From positions 1,477 to 65,476 of the forward strand of contig CAZMVD010000007.1 in the NCBI GenBank assembly GCA_964569425.1: a DNA stretch of 64,000 nucleotides. Direction: 5' to 3'. Shown here in pieces: positions 17,901 to 26,673 of this stretch (its first letter is position 1; each line of letters begins with the position of its first letter). Both the position numbers and the translations under genes were made by a program. The notes beneath the pieces are model-generated. The model was not told where the DNA came from. It was given only the letters and a program-made list of their open reading frames with translations, and did not search any database. The stretch comes from an uncultured Phycisphaeraceae bacterium. GTDB lineage: Bacteria; Planctomycetota; Phycisphaerae; UBA1845.

Positions 17901-19446
17901 GACGATGGTGGAGAAACTGACCAACCTGTTCAAACCCACGGAAGGGGGGGAGGGCGAAACCGCGCGGCAGTTCAGTTTCGGTGGTGCGTTTTCCGACGTC
18001 GAGTTTGCCAGCGTGGGTCAGGAACTGCGTTTTGAAGCGGATGAGCGCACCAACACGATCATTGCGGCGGGGGCGGAAATCGACCTGCGGATGATCGAGG
18101 AACTGGTCCGCTATCTTGATGCGCAAGAGGCGGAAGACCGGATGACCGGGGTTTATCAGGCCAAGTTTCGGCCCGCGTCGGACATTGCCCAGGCGATCAA
18201 GGGGTTCAATGAGCAGGAGCAAAACGTTTTGGGGGAGGGGGACGACATGGAGGCGCGCCTGCGGCGACAGGAGCGGCAGGTTTCGGTGGAGGCGGTGGGC
18301 GACGTGGAGAAGGGGAGTAGCAGTCTGCTTTACGGCACGAGCCGCAAGAGTTACTCACGGACGATGGAGATGATCGAGCAGATCGATCGTCCCGAGCCGC
18401 AGGTGATGATATCGGTGCTGATCGCGGAGGTCACGCTGAGTAACAACGTGGAGCTGGGCATTGAGATCGCGGGCCAGGAGCTGGACTTTTCGCGTGGGGC
18501 GGTGGTGGGTCCCAACGGCGTGATTCAGGGCAGCGACTTCGACTGGATCAGCGGGACGGACCTGGGCGCCGCGGGCGTGGGGCTGGGTGGGTTCAACTTT
18601 ACGATTACGGGGGAGGATTTCAGTTTCCTGCTTCACGCCCTGCAGGCGGACAGCCGTCTGGAGGTGCTTTCCCGCCCGATCCTTATGGTTCGCAACGGCG
18701 AGGAGGGCAAGATCACGATCGCGGACGAGGTGCCGATTGTGGAGTCGTCGCAGCAGAGCGATACGGGATCGGTGCGGTCCAACATTACGCGGCAGGACGT
18801 GGGCATTGTGCTTACCGCCACGCCGCACATCAGCCCGGACGGTTACGTGACCATCAAATTGACGCAGGAAATCTCCAACATCAGCGGCGACACGCTGCAG
18901 CTTACCGAAGGCGTGACTTCGCCCATATTCTCGAAGCGCGAGGTGGATACGAACGTTACGGTGCGCGACGGGGAGACGGTGATCATCGGCGGACTGATTC
19001 AGTCGCGCGATTCGCAGGGAGAGAACAAGGTGCCGATCCTGGGCGATATTCCCTATCTGGGGGTGCTGTTTCGCTCGACCAGCGTGAGCAAGTCGCGTAC
19101 GGAGTTGATGGTGGTGCTGACGGTTGACGTGCTGCGGACCGACGCCGACGTGCGCGACATGTCGGTCACGGAACGCGATCGGTTCATGTTGCCTGATAAC
19201 ATTCTGCAATCACCGTTCATGCAGGGGTTACGCATTCTGCCGGAGGAGTCATCCCTGGGACCGGTGTCGCCGAAGGCGCGCCCGGGTTCGCCGGCAGCGC
19301 CGCGTCCTGTTGAACAGCCGGGTTCGCCTGCTGGTCGGCCGCGCATTTACGGGCCGGCAATTTCAAGGCCGGCCGCGGCGGATACGGTGCGCGCCCCGGT
19401 GTACGGTCCGCCCGTGGTGCGTAAGGAGCCGGAGTTACTGCCCTGA
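14950..19446 (+). CDS. gspD: Secretin (GspD/PilQ family) with about 12 N-domain units and a C-terminal beta-barrel secretin domain
   Basis: Signal peptide RRMTLAAAWCIGFALTVGSSRAQ (start could be 14950, 14965 or 15001). N-domain units such as ARLFPLRFADAETVSEALKKMF...VVADVRTNTIIIAGRDEQIHLAETVIGQLD. Secretin domain VMISVLIAEVTL...LEVLSRPILMVRNGEEGKITIADEVPIV...GIVLTATPHISPDGYVTIKL...VRDGETVIIGGLIQ...KVPILGDIPYLGVLFRS. Confidence 0.9.
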   Translation: MNAKRMETRSRSPRGRRMTLAAAWCIGFALTVGSSRAQTEPTPPPREQSPAGERPAQEDERRQPVHVPAAPAPDRVSELIGRLDPQTLSRLVGADIKVEFVGGQVILQGPEEAVKTLELMIKALDAEVEMPEVRVVTVSERDAKEIARTVQEALRIVLDRENQREVEQVTLTALTSNILLVSALADDIDFVLSVIDDVDSVPDPLGKIELMRFEVKNRRASDVAKELQKVFEQFQKAQGMPLDKSKLQIIPNNANNTITVTARENEREKIEALIANIDVAPTPGWGEVKLTIYPLLHSKSADLAKVIEDLLQAQARQGQAREAMEEFIFRLRISKASPTGELTELPPIDLQKPTRIIPDDGTNSLIIATVEENVVPMGELIRLLDGVPTGEAIHARLFPLRFADAETVSEALKKMFDEGKTLPEDPDGSAQDAVPGTPTGKALVYNVSVVADVRTNTIIIAGRDEQIHLAETVIGQLDQPARALKFPLRLVPLDYADATRVGQLLTELFTKRLEAAEATNAGKAAVERERVFLSVDIRSNSLIVSASEENFDEMVSIVDQLDSRPTKLFDQIRLVLCNRISAVDVKTKIDELWKRKAELRRTQELLEDLPVVVADERSNALVVAASLEDYEEIKRLVDALEAQPLIDDTQLFKLQYADANLLADMLDKLFDGIASASETFKKPTLLPDVRTNAIVVAATRDAMERAADLIRRLDVEAGPQSAQIKAYPLNYGSAAKMAPRMQKLFDARAEGQDAARSTPIVILAEESSNTLVSSASRDDHDVIAELLGVLDKPSNIARQFEIFPLKRGKAARVAEKLEQLFATQVEGGSGRADAIAVQADERTNAIIVWASPSEMLNIGEVIARLDTATPAVEMMVKVIQLKQALAQDFATLLEETLVGEGGGGDDERAVIVSFLEKDAQGREIERKLLKQDIKIKPDPRTNSLMVFAPADSMSMLEAMIVDFDRIRPIRSELRLFPLINSDAKTMVEKLTNLFKPTEGGEGETARQFSFGGAFSDVEFASVGQELRFEADERTNTIIAAGAEIDLRMIEELVRYLDAQEAEDRMTGVYQAKFRPASDIAQAIKGFNEQEQNVLGEGDDMEARLRRQERQVSVEAVGDVEKGSSSLLYGTSRKSYSRTMEMIEQIDRPEPQVMISVLIAEVTLSNNVELGIEIAGQELDFSRGAVVGPNGVIQGSDFDWISGTDLGAAGVGLGGFNFTITGEDFSFLLHALQADSRLEVLSRPILMVRNGEEGKITIADEVPIVESSQQSDTGSVRSNITRQDVGIVLTATPHISPDGYVTIKLTQEISNISGDTLQLTEGVTSPIFSKREVDTNVTVRDGETVIIGGLIQSRDSQGENKVPILGDIPYLGVLFRSTSVSKSRTELMVVLTVDVLRTDADVRDMSVTERDRFMLPDNILQSPFMQGLRILPEESSLGPVSPKARPGSPAAPRPVEQPGSPAGRPRIYGPAISRPAAADTVRAPVYGPPVVRKEPELLP

Positions 19447-19529
19447 TTGCGGCGCGGCAACTGCTTTGTTCCGATGCGCCCCCGGGCGCGTGCTTCGGGT
19501 TATCGGGGAATCGGGGGCACAGGCGGCGC

Positions 19530-20108
19530 ATGAACTGGTCCGACACCATGAAGTTGGGACATCGTCGTATTGGGCTGCTGGTCGGGGTCGCTGCGGGTTT
19601 GTTGTTGTCGACAGCCTGCGTCTCTTCGGACCCTGCGCGCGGCAAGTCCGGGGGGGCCGAGAGCCGGTCGCGCGCTTCGCGATCTTCGCGGCACGCGGAT
19701 TTGCCGGTGCGTCAGGTGGTCTGCATTTATGAACAGCGCCCGTGGTTAAACCTCGATGCATCGGGCGACCGAGACCCCGAAGGTCTGCGATACCGTGCCT
19801 TTCTCGATGCCGGCGCGACGCGCGGCGAATTGCGGAACGGGATGTTCCACGTCGAGCTGTATGTGGTCGAGCGGGATGCCACCGGGGCGATCGCCCGAAG
19901 ATTGGTCAGTGACTGGCACTTTCCCACCGAGGAGGTCAACACGGTTAATTCCGGGCTGCTGGGGCGCGGTTACCATATACAGCTTCGGTGGGCCACGAAG
20001 GCGGTTGCCGGCAAGGAGATCGAGATTATTACGGTCTTCGAGGATAGCGAGGGGCGAAAGACCCGTTCGGGCACCAAGCGTCTCAGGGTTCCCAGGTATA
20101 CCTCCTGA
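19530..20108 (+). CDS. Hypothetical lipoprotein downstream of the secretin
   Basis: Signal peptide with lipobox (RRIGLLVGVAAGLLLSTAC). 84 nt after the secretin stop. Its stop overlaps the next start (TGATG at 20106-20110). Confidence 0.6.
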   Translation: MNWSDTMKLGHRRIGLLVGVAAGLLLSTACVSSDPARGKSGGAESRSRASRSSRHADLPVRQVVCIYEQRPWLNLDASGDRDPEGLRYRAFLDAGATRGELRNGMFHVELYVVERDATGAIARRLVSDWHFPTEEVNTVNSGLLGRGYHIQLRWATKAVAGKEIEIITVFEDSEGRKTRSGTKRLRVPRYTS

Positions 20109-20965
20109 TGTCGGTGCGGCGCGATGTTGCCGAGTTTCCGCGCACGGCGCCGGCAACTCTTGGCGTGCTGATCTGGCTGCTGTTCGTGGCGGTTTCGTGC
20201 CATCGACCGCCCGAAGCCGTGGAAGCGCCATTGCCGGGATTGGGTGCGACGGCAGGCGGCCCATTGTTGTCGCCGGCCGGAACGGTGCGCGAGGTGCGCC
20301 GCCACCTCGCGGAGGACCGCCTGACGGAAGTTGAGAGGTTTCTGCTGCCCGGACAGCGCGGTGAAGTGATGGCGCTGCTTCGGGCGGTTCGAGGCGTGGC
20401 GGGCTCCAACGAATCGCTGCAATCGGCGGTTCGGGAGCGCATGGGTCGCGCTGCCGCGCGGCGGGTTGATCGTTCGCAGGTCGTCAATGCGGTGGGCGTT
20501 TTTTCGCGTGACGTGGCGGTGATCGATGAGCGCACCGACAATGGAACGGCGGTGGTGACGATCCAGGTTGCCGGCCGCCTGCCCCTTGAACCGGTCCGCC
20601 TGGTTCGCACGCCGCCGGGGTGGCTGATTCAGACGGATGCGCCCGTTGCCGGCCTGGCGGATGAGCTTCGTGCGCTGGGCAAAGTTCTGCAGGATTTGGC
20701 GCGCATGGTGCAAGACACAGAGATGACAGTCGAAGAACTGGAGCGTGAGCTGCGAGTGCGCGAGGCGGCGGTGGGCCGCCGCATTGCCACGTTGCTGGCG
20801 TCGCCCCCGTCGCCCCGTCCCAAATCCCCGGGACAATCTGGTCTCTGGTCGGCCCCATGCGGTTTCGCTAGCGGGAGCGGGATTTCGCCGATAAAATGGC
20901 ATTGGGCTCTGCCGTGTCGGCAAGCCATTTGCTGCCATGCTGGTTGCACGGGAGACCCTTATTGA
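20108..20965 (+). CDS. Hypothetical lipoprotein
   Basis: Lipobox LIWLLFVAVSC. Translationally coupled to the preceding lipoprotein gene. The body looks like ordinary globular protein sequence. Confidence 0.55.
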   Translation: MSVRRDVAEFPRTAPATLGVLIWLLFVAVSCHRPPEAVEAPLPGLGATAGGPLLSPAGTVREVRRHLAEDRLTEVERFLLPGQRGEVMALLRAVRGVAGSNESLQSAVRERMGRAAARRVDRSQVVNAVGVFSRDVAVIDERTDNGTAVVTIQVAGRLPLEPVRLVRTPPGWLIQTDAPVAGLADELRALGKVLQDLARMVQDTEMTVEELERELRVREAAVGRRIATLLASPPSPRPKSPGQSGLWSAPCGFASGSGISPIKWHWALPCRQAICCHAGCTGDPY

Positions 20966-22179
20966 CCCGCCGTGCCCTACCACCCGACCTGACCCTTATT
21001 GAGCGCCAGGAGGAAGTCGATGCCTTGAGCGCGCGGTGCCGGCGCGAGGGGCGCTTTGCCTTCGACACCGAGTTTGTGATGGAGGACCGCTACGAGTCGG
21101 AGGTCTGTCTGATCCAGTTGGCCGTTCAGGGCACTGTGGCGTTGATCGATCCGTTTCTCAAACTGGACCTGGCGCCGATCTGGGACATGGTCTGCGATCC
21201 GCAGGTGCAGGCAGTGGCCCACGCCGGTCAGGAGGACCTGGCCTTGTGCGTGCAGCACACGGGCCGTGTGCCGCACAACGTGTTCGACGTGCAGATCGCG
21301 GCGGGGCTGGCGGGCCTGGACTATCCGATGAGTCTTCAGCGGTTGGTGCAGAGCACGCTGCACGTTCGCCTGCACAAGTCCAAGACGTTGACCAATTGGC
21401 GGAAGCGTCCGCTGACCGGAGAGCAGGTTCGGTATGCGGCCGAGGATGTATCGTATCTGCTGGGGGTGCAGGACGAACTGGTCAAGCGGCTTACCCGCCT
21501 TGAGCGGCGGGACTGGGCGCAGGAGGAATTCCGCCGCTTCGAGGACATGACGGTTTACCGACGGGCGGAAGTCGACAAGGTACAGCGCATCAAGGGGGCG
21601 GGCTCGCTGAAGGGACAGCAGCTATCGGTGTTGCATCGTTTGTGGGCGTGGCGCGAGGAAGTCGCCCTGCGCATGAACCGTCCGGCGCGCATCGCTTTGA
21701 AGGATCATCTGATGGTGGAGATTGCGCGGCAGAGCCTGACCTCGTTCGCGGATATCCGAGACCTGCGCGGGGTCAACCTCAGCGATCGCGACGTGCATGC
21801 GCTGTGCGGGGTGGTCAAGGAGGCGCTGACCATCCCCGAAGAGGCATGGCCCAAGTCCAAGCCGCACGACGTGGAGACGCCCTGGGAATCGTCGCTGATC
21901 GCGCTCTGTACGGCGGTGATCCGCAGTTACTGCCTCGACCATGATCTGGCGTATTCGCTCGTGGCGACTCAGCGGTCGATCAAGGAGTTGATACGCCATC
22001 GCACGCAGGGCAAGCCGGCGCAGGAAAGCGACGTGGAACTCCTTTGCGGCTGGCGCCGGGAGACGGTGGGCGCGATGCTTGACGACGTGCTCGCAGGTCG
22101 TCGTGCGGTGCGCGTGGCGCCGGTCAATGGCGAACCAACCGTCCACGTGACGGTCGCGGAGCGCGGCGCGGGCGTGTGA
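20896..22179 (+). CDS. rnd: Ribonuclease D (DEDD 3'-5' exonuclease plus HRDC)
   Basis: FAFDTEFVMEDRYESEVCLIQLA, AHAGQEDLALC, WRKRPLTGEQVRYAAEDVSYL, then an HRDC-like region. The start is uncertain: ATG 20896 overlaps the upstream gene by 70 nt, and an in-frame TTG at 20962 gives a TTGA overlap instead. Confidence 0.85.
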   Translation: MALGSAVSASHLLPCWLHGRPLLTRRALPPDLTLIERQEEVDALSARCRREGRFAFDTEFVMEDRYESEVCLIQLAVQGTVALIDPFLKLDLAPIWDMVCDPQVQAVAHAGQEDLALCVQHTGRVPHNVFDVQIAAGLAGLDYPMSLQRLVQSTLHVRLHKSKTLTNWRKRPLTGEQVRYAAEDVSYLLGVQDELVKRLTRLERRDWAQEEFRRFEDMTVYRRAEVDKVQRIKGAGSLKGQQLSVLHRLWAWREEVALRMNRPARIALKDHLMVEIARQSLTSFADIRDLRGVNLSDRDVHALCGVVKEALTIPEEAWPKSKPHDVETPWESSLIALCTAVIRSYCLDHDLAYSLVATQRSIKELIRHRTQGKPAQESDVELLCGWRRETVGAMLDDVLAGRRAVRVAPVNGEPTVHVTVAERGAGV

Positions 22180-22207
22180 TCAAACCGTTTGGGTGTGGTC
22201 GGCCGGA

Positions 22208-22960
22208 TTACTCTTTGGCCAGGGCGGCGACCACTTCATCGCTCATGTCGCTGTTGGAATAGACGGCGTCTACGTCGTCGTGATCTTCGAGCGCGTCGAG
22301 GAGTCGCATGACTTTGCGCGCGTCTTCGACATTGAGCGAGATGGAGGTGGAGGAGACCATGGAGAGGTCGGCGGATTCGGTTTCGATTTCCGCATTGTTG
22401 ATGGCCTGGCGGACGCGTTCGAAGGACTCCGGGGTGCAGGTGATTTCGTGAATGTGCGCGGAGGAGGCGACGTCGTCGGCTCCGGCTTCGAGTGCCAGCT
22501 CCATGATACGATCTTCGCTCACTTTGTCGGCCGGGACGACGATGACGCCGCGCTGGCTGAACAGGTAGGCGACGCAGTTGGGAGAGCCGAGGTTTCCGCC
22601 GGCGCGTTCGAAGATCTTCTTGATTTCGCCGGCGGTGCGGTTTCGGTTGTCGGTCATGGCGCGGCACATGACGGCCACGCCGCCGGGTCCGTAGCCTTCG
22701 TAGATGATGTCCTCATAGGTTTCGCCGGCCAGTTCGCCGGTACCCTTCTTGATGGCTTTTTCGATGGTGTCCTTGGGCATGTTTTCGGCTTTGGCCTTGT
22801 CGATGGCCAGGCGAAGTCGAGGGTTGTCGGTGGGGTTGCCGCCGCCCATTTTGGCGCAGACGGTGATGGCGCGGGAGAGTTTGCTCCAGGCTTTGCCGCG
22901 TTTGGCGTCGAGGGCGGCCTTTTTATGCTTGATCGTCGACCATTTGGAGTGACCGGACAC
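22208..22960 (-). CDS. yebC: YebC/PmpR family DNA-binding transcriptional regulator
   Basis: MSGHSKWSTIKHKKAALDAKRGKAWSKLSRAITVCAKMGGGNPTDNPRLRLAIDKAKAENMPKDTIEKAIKKGTGE is the family hallmark. Confidence 0.95.
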   Translation of the reverse strand: MSGHSKWSTIKHKKAALDAKRGKAWSKLSRAITVCAKMGGGNPTDNPRLRLAIDKAKAENMPKDTIEKAIKKGTGELAGETYEDIIYEGYGPGGVAVMCRAMTDNRNRTAGEIKKIFERAGGNLGSPNCVAYLFSQRGVIVVPADKVSEDRIMELALEAGADDVASSAHIHEITCTPESFERVRQAINNAEIETESADLSMVSSTSISLNVEDARKVMRLLDALEDHDDVDAVYSNSDMSDEVVAALAKE

Positions 22961-23118
22961 GTTATTCTGCTCCTGGCGTTTCCGCAGTCTGTCGGGCGTT
23001 ACCCCGCGTTGGTATTTTCTGGCACTGACGGGTGGAAGCTATGGTCATTATCGATATCCGGAGGACCGGCGCGGGTTGGTGACCCGCGGCGCATGGCGTT
23101 TCGCGAAGCGCTGGGCGG

Positions 23119-26100
23119 CTATTGCGGGGCCGGCGGCGTGTCCGGCGGCGCGGGCGTTTTTTCCTCCGCCAGGGGGGCGACGGGCGGATCAGCGCTGCCG
23201 CCGGCTTTTTCGATTTTCTCCGGCGTCACATCGCGCACGCGGACGATATCGGCGGCACGAACTTCGTCTTTGGGAAGTTCGTTCACGTGGCGCACCGCGG
23301 CGCGCCAGTGTTGGAGCGCTTCCTCGCGTTCGCCGAGGCGCCAGCAGGCGTCGCCCAGGTGATCGAGCACCACTGGATCCTTGAACGATCGCTCGCGCGC
23401 CGCGCGGAGGAGCCATTTTTTGGCTTCTGCGAACTCACCCTTCTTGTACAACAACCATCCGTAGGTGTCGAGATAGGCTCCTTCGCGCGGGGCGCGGGAC
23501 ACGGCGTAGCGGATCATACGTTCGGCATCGGCCATGCGCATGCCACGGTCGATCCAGCCGTAGGCCACGTCGTTGTTGAGTCCGACATTGTCCGGTCGCA
23601 GGGCGTGGGCCTGGGCCATGGCTTCGGTGGAGCGGAGGTCTTCTCCCTGCGCCTGGTAGCAGAAGGCGAGCGACAGGTGGAGGCGAAGGCGGGTGTCGGG
23701 ATCCTGGGCGGTTTCGAGCCAGGTGAGGAGCATTTGCTCGGCATCGCGGAAGTGGCCGGCTTGTACGTGCGCCTGAGCCAGTTCGAGCCGCAACGCCATG
23801 AGCCGCTCGGCCAACGAATCCATGGTATAGGGTTCATTGGGCTGCCTGGCGAGGTCGGCGTCCCCCGGGGGTTCGAGGTGGGGGTTGGCGCGATCGCTGA
23901 GTCGCTGCAAGTGGGCGACCACCTGGTCGATCAGGGTTTCAATGAAGTCGACGGCGGCGTCAAAGCGACCGGCCAGCCGAAGGCGGACGGAGAGCAGATC
24001 CTGGAAAGTTTCGCGGTGGGGCGTGAGCAGCAGGGCATTGCGAATCAACTCGGTGATGTCGTCAATGCGCTGGGTTCCTTCCAGGGCGAAGACGAGCAGT
24101 GCGACGGGCTGATGATTGTCCGGATCTTCGGCGAGCCAGTCGAGGGCGATCTGCGCGGCGCGTTCGCGGCGGTCGGCGGCGACGAGCGCCTGCACCAGGT
24201 CGCTGCGCGGGCGGGTGTCGGCCGGATCGTCGCGGAGGAATCCTTCAAGGATGGCGACGACCTCGTCGTGCCGCTCCGCCTGTGTGAGCAGTTCCGCCAG
24301 GCGCGCCATCCAGGCCCGTTTGTCGCTGGTGGCTTCTTCGGCCCAGCGGCGCACCAGGGCGATGGCTTCTTCGAGCTGATCGGCGAGGCGCAGGGAATCG
24401 GCCCAGCGCAAGCGGTAGCGGGTGCGGACGGCGGGGTCGAGGTCGGCGCGTTCCGCCAGTTCACGTGACATGTTGATGGCACTATCGTAATCCTGGACCG
24501 TCCAGTAGAGTTCGATGAGACCGAGGCGCCAGGCGTTGCGGTTGGGTCGCCGCGGCAGCAGGTTCTTGAGCCGTTCGATCGCTTCTTCGTGGCGCAACAA
24601 CCCCTGGGCGGCCGTGATCACCCCCAGCGCCGCCTCTTCGTTGTCGGGCTCCAGTTCCGCCGCCCGGCGAAAAGCCTCGTACCTGTCGGCGACCTCGGTG
24701 ACCTGGTCGTAGCTGTCGGCGACGGCGAGCCAGGTGGCGGCATCGGGACGACTTTCGTTCATGGCGGCCAGCAGGGCGGCGCGATAGGTGGGGGGGTCGA
24801 TGCGCGGATACTGATCGAGAAACGCGACCGCCCGCGCCCGCGTGGTGGGGGTGACGGCGTTTTTGCGCAGCTCCTCGAACTGCTGAACTGCCGCGTCGTT
24901 TTTTCCTTCGCGCAGGTAGAGGTAGGCGAGCAATTCCCGCGCTTCTTCGTGGGCGGGCGCTTCGCCGAGGAGGGCGCGAAGCTGCCGTTGAGCGAGGAGC
25001 AGGCGTTCCGACCGCTGGTAGAGTCGGGCGAGCGCGAACATGGCCTGGGTGTTGTCGCGCTGCCGCTGGATGGCCGCTTTGTAATGCAACTCGGCCGGCT
25101 CAAACTGGTCGAGCCGTTCGTACGCAGCCCCAAGGATCAGTTCGAGCCGCGGATCATCGACGATGTCCGGCTCGGTGCGCGCTGCGGTGCGGAGCGCATC
25201 GGTCAAGCGATTGGTGCGCACATATACGTCGCCGAGCATGGCCCGCGCGGGGACTAGGGCGCCGTCGGTTTCCACGGCGCGCCGGAGCCAACGCTCCGCG
25301 GCATCCCAATGACCGGCACGCCAGGCGAGTCGGCCGCGCAGGTAGGAGGCGGTTGCCGATTCCGGCACGGGGGCGGGCTCGGTCAGCGCAGCGACCACAC
25401 TGGGGGAAGTTGCGAGTTCGTTGATTCGGTGCTCGAACAAGTCCATCTGTGCGGGCTGCGCGGCGATGCCCGCAGCGCAATGCTCGAGTGCCGCCGCCGC
25501 ATCATTGCGTTTCAACGTCAGATCGACCAGGTGGAGTCGGACCTGAGGCGATTCGCCTTCCTGGGCGAGGTGTTCCTGCAGGACGCGCTCCGCTTCTTGG
25601 CCTCGGCCTGCGTCGACCAGGGCATCGGACAATCGCAGCAGCAGGCCGGTCTGCCCGGGATGCGCCTCGCGAAGCCGGCGCAGATCGGTCAAGAGTCCTT
25701 CAGGGTCTGCCAGCCGCCGGTGGATTTCTGCGAACAGGTCCAATACTTCGTCGTTCACAGTGCCCATGGCACGGGCCACGGCGAGGGCCTGGGGGGCCTG
25801 ATCGGCGGCCAGCAGGAGTTGTGCATAGCGCAGATTCAGGTCCACCTTCTTCGGGTCGGCCGTTGCGGCCGGCGCCAACACCTCCGCCGCTTCCGCCGGT
25901 CGACCGAGTTTCTCCAGCAGGTCCGCACGTGCCAGTGCGATCGCCGCGCCCTGGCTCCGCCGCAGTGTGCCCAGTTCTCCGGTTGTTGATTCAGTGCTGA
26001 CGGCGCTTTGTTCGAACGCGTCGTATGCCGCGAGCGCCGCGGTCAGGTATCCTTCGGCGGCCAGAGCCTGGGCCAGGGCGTACTGGGAGAGGGCCATGAT

Positions 26101-26673
26101 CTCGTCGTGGCGTTCGTCGCCACGGCTGAGCAGCGCGCGGCGAAAGGCGGCAATGGCGCCGTTGCGGTCGCCGGCCGCCGACAGGACGCGCCCGTGCAGG
26201 TAATGAGCCTGGGCGTCGTCGGGTTTGAGTTCGAGCGTTCGGGTGGCGTGGCTTCGGGCGCGTTCCAGGTTTCCCGCCTGCCAATGCAATTGGGCGAGGG
26301 TGCGATGGATGGCGGGGTGATTGGGGTCGTAGCGCAGGGCCTTTTCGAGTTCGAGGGCCGCTTCGGTGAAGCGCTGCTCCGCGATTAGTTTCTGCGCGAC
26401 GGCGACCTGGGCGGCGGCCCGTTCGGAGAGTGGCTTGGGGGCCGCGGAGGGTGTGGGGGCCGAGACGGCGGGCTCGATGCTTTCCAGGGGCAGGTAGGCG
26501 CGCCGGGCATCCACGCCCGGCGCCAGGGGGGGCGACCCCGCGGGGGGGGCGGTTCGCGAACCGGTGGCGCAGCCCGCACTGCACGCCAGCATTCCCATGA
26601 CTATCAGAATGAGCGCAGCGCAAGCCGCTAGATGCCCGCGTGAAGGAAGGTGGATTGCCGAGGTTGGTGTCAT
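23119..26673 (-). CDS. Large TPR-repeat lipoprotein (1184 aa)
   Basis: Lipobox LILIVMGMLACSAGC. Many TPR-like helical pairs (e.g. RFTEAALELEKALRYDPNHPAIHRTLAQLHWQAGNLERA). ATG 26673 abuts the stop of the upstream gene. Confidence 0.8.
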   Translation of the reverse strand: MTPTSAIHLPSRGHLAACAALILIVMGMLACSAGCATGSRTAPPAGSPPLAPGVDARRAYLPLESIEPAVSAPTPSAAPKPLSERAAAQVAVAQKLIAEQRFTEAALELEKALRYDPNHPAIHRTLAQLHWQAGNLERARSHATRTLELKPDDAQAHYLHGRVLSAAGDRNGAIAAFRRALLSRGDERHDEIMALSQYALAQALAAEGYLTAALAAYDAFEQSAVSTESTTGELGTLRRSQGAAIALARADLLEKLGRPAEAAEVLAPAATADPKKVDLNLRYAQLLLAADQAPQALAVARAMGTVNDEVLDLFAEIHRRLADPEGLLTDLRRLREAHPGQTGLLLRLSDALVDAGRGQEAERVLQEHLAQEGESPQVRLHLVDLTLKRNDAAAALEHCAAGIAAQPAQMDLFEHRINELATSPSVVAALTEPAPVPESATASYLRGRLAWRAGHWDAAERWLRRAVETDGALVPARAMLGDVYVRTNRLTDALRTAARTEPDIVDDPRLELILGAAYERLDQFEPAELHYKAAIQRQRDNTQAMFALARLYQRSERLLLAQRQLRALLGEAPAHEEARELLAYLYLREGKNDAAVQQFEELRKNAVTPTTRARAVAFLDQYPRIDPPTYRAALLAAMNESRPDAATWLAVADSYDQVTEVADRYEAFRRAAELEPDNEEAALGVITAAQGLLRHEEAIERLKNLLPRRPNRNAWRLGLIELYWTVQDYDSAINMSRELAERADLDPAVRTRYRLRWADSLRLADQLEEAIALVRRWAEEATSDKRAWMARLAELLTQAERHDEVVAILEGFLRDDPADTRPRSDLVQALVAADRRERAAQIALDWLAEDPDNHQPVALLVFALEGTQRIDDITELIRNALLLTPHRETFQDLLSVRLRLAGRFDAAVDFIETLIDQVVAHLQRLSDRANPHLEPPGDADLARQPNEPYTMDSLAERLMALRLELAQAHVQAGHFRDAEQMLLTWLETAQDPDTRLRLHLSLAFCYQAQGEDLRSTEAMAQAHALRPDNVGLNNDVAYGWIDRGMRMADAERMIRYAVSRAPREGAYLDTYGWLLYKKGEFAEAKKWLLRAARERSFKDPVVLDHLGDACWRLGEREEALQHWRAAVRHVNELPKDEVRAADIVRVRDVTPEKIEKAGGSADPPVAPLAEEKTPAPPDTPPAPQ

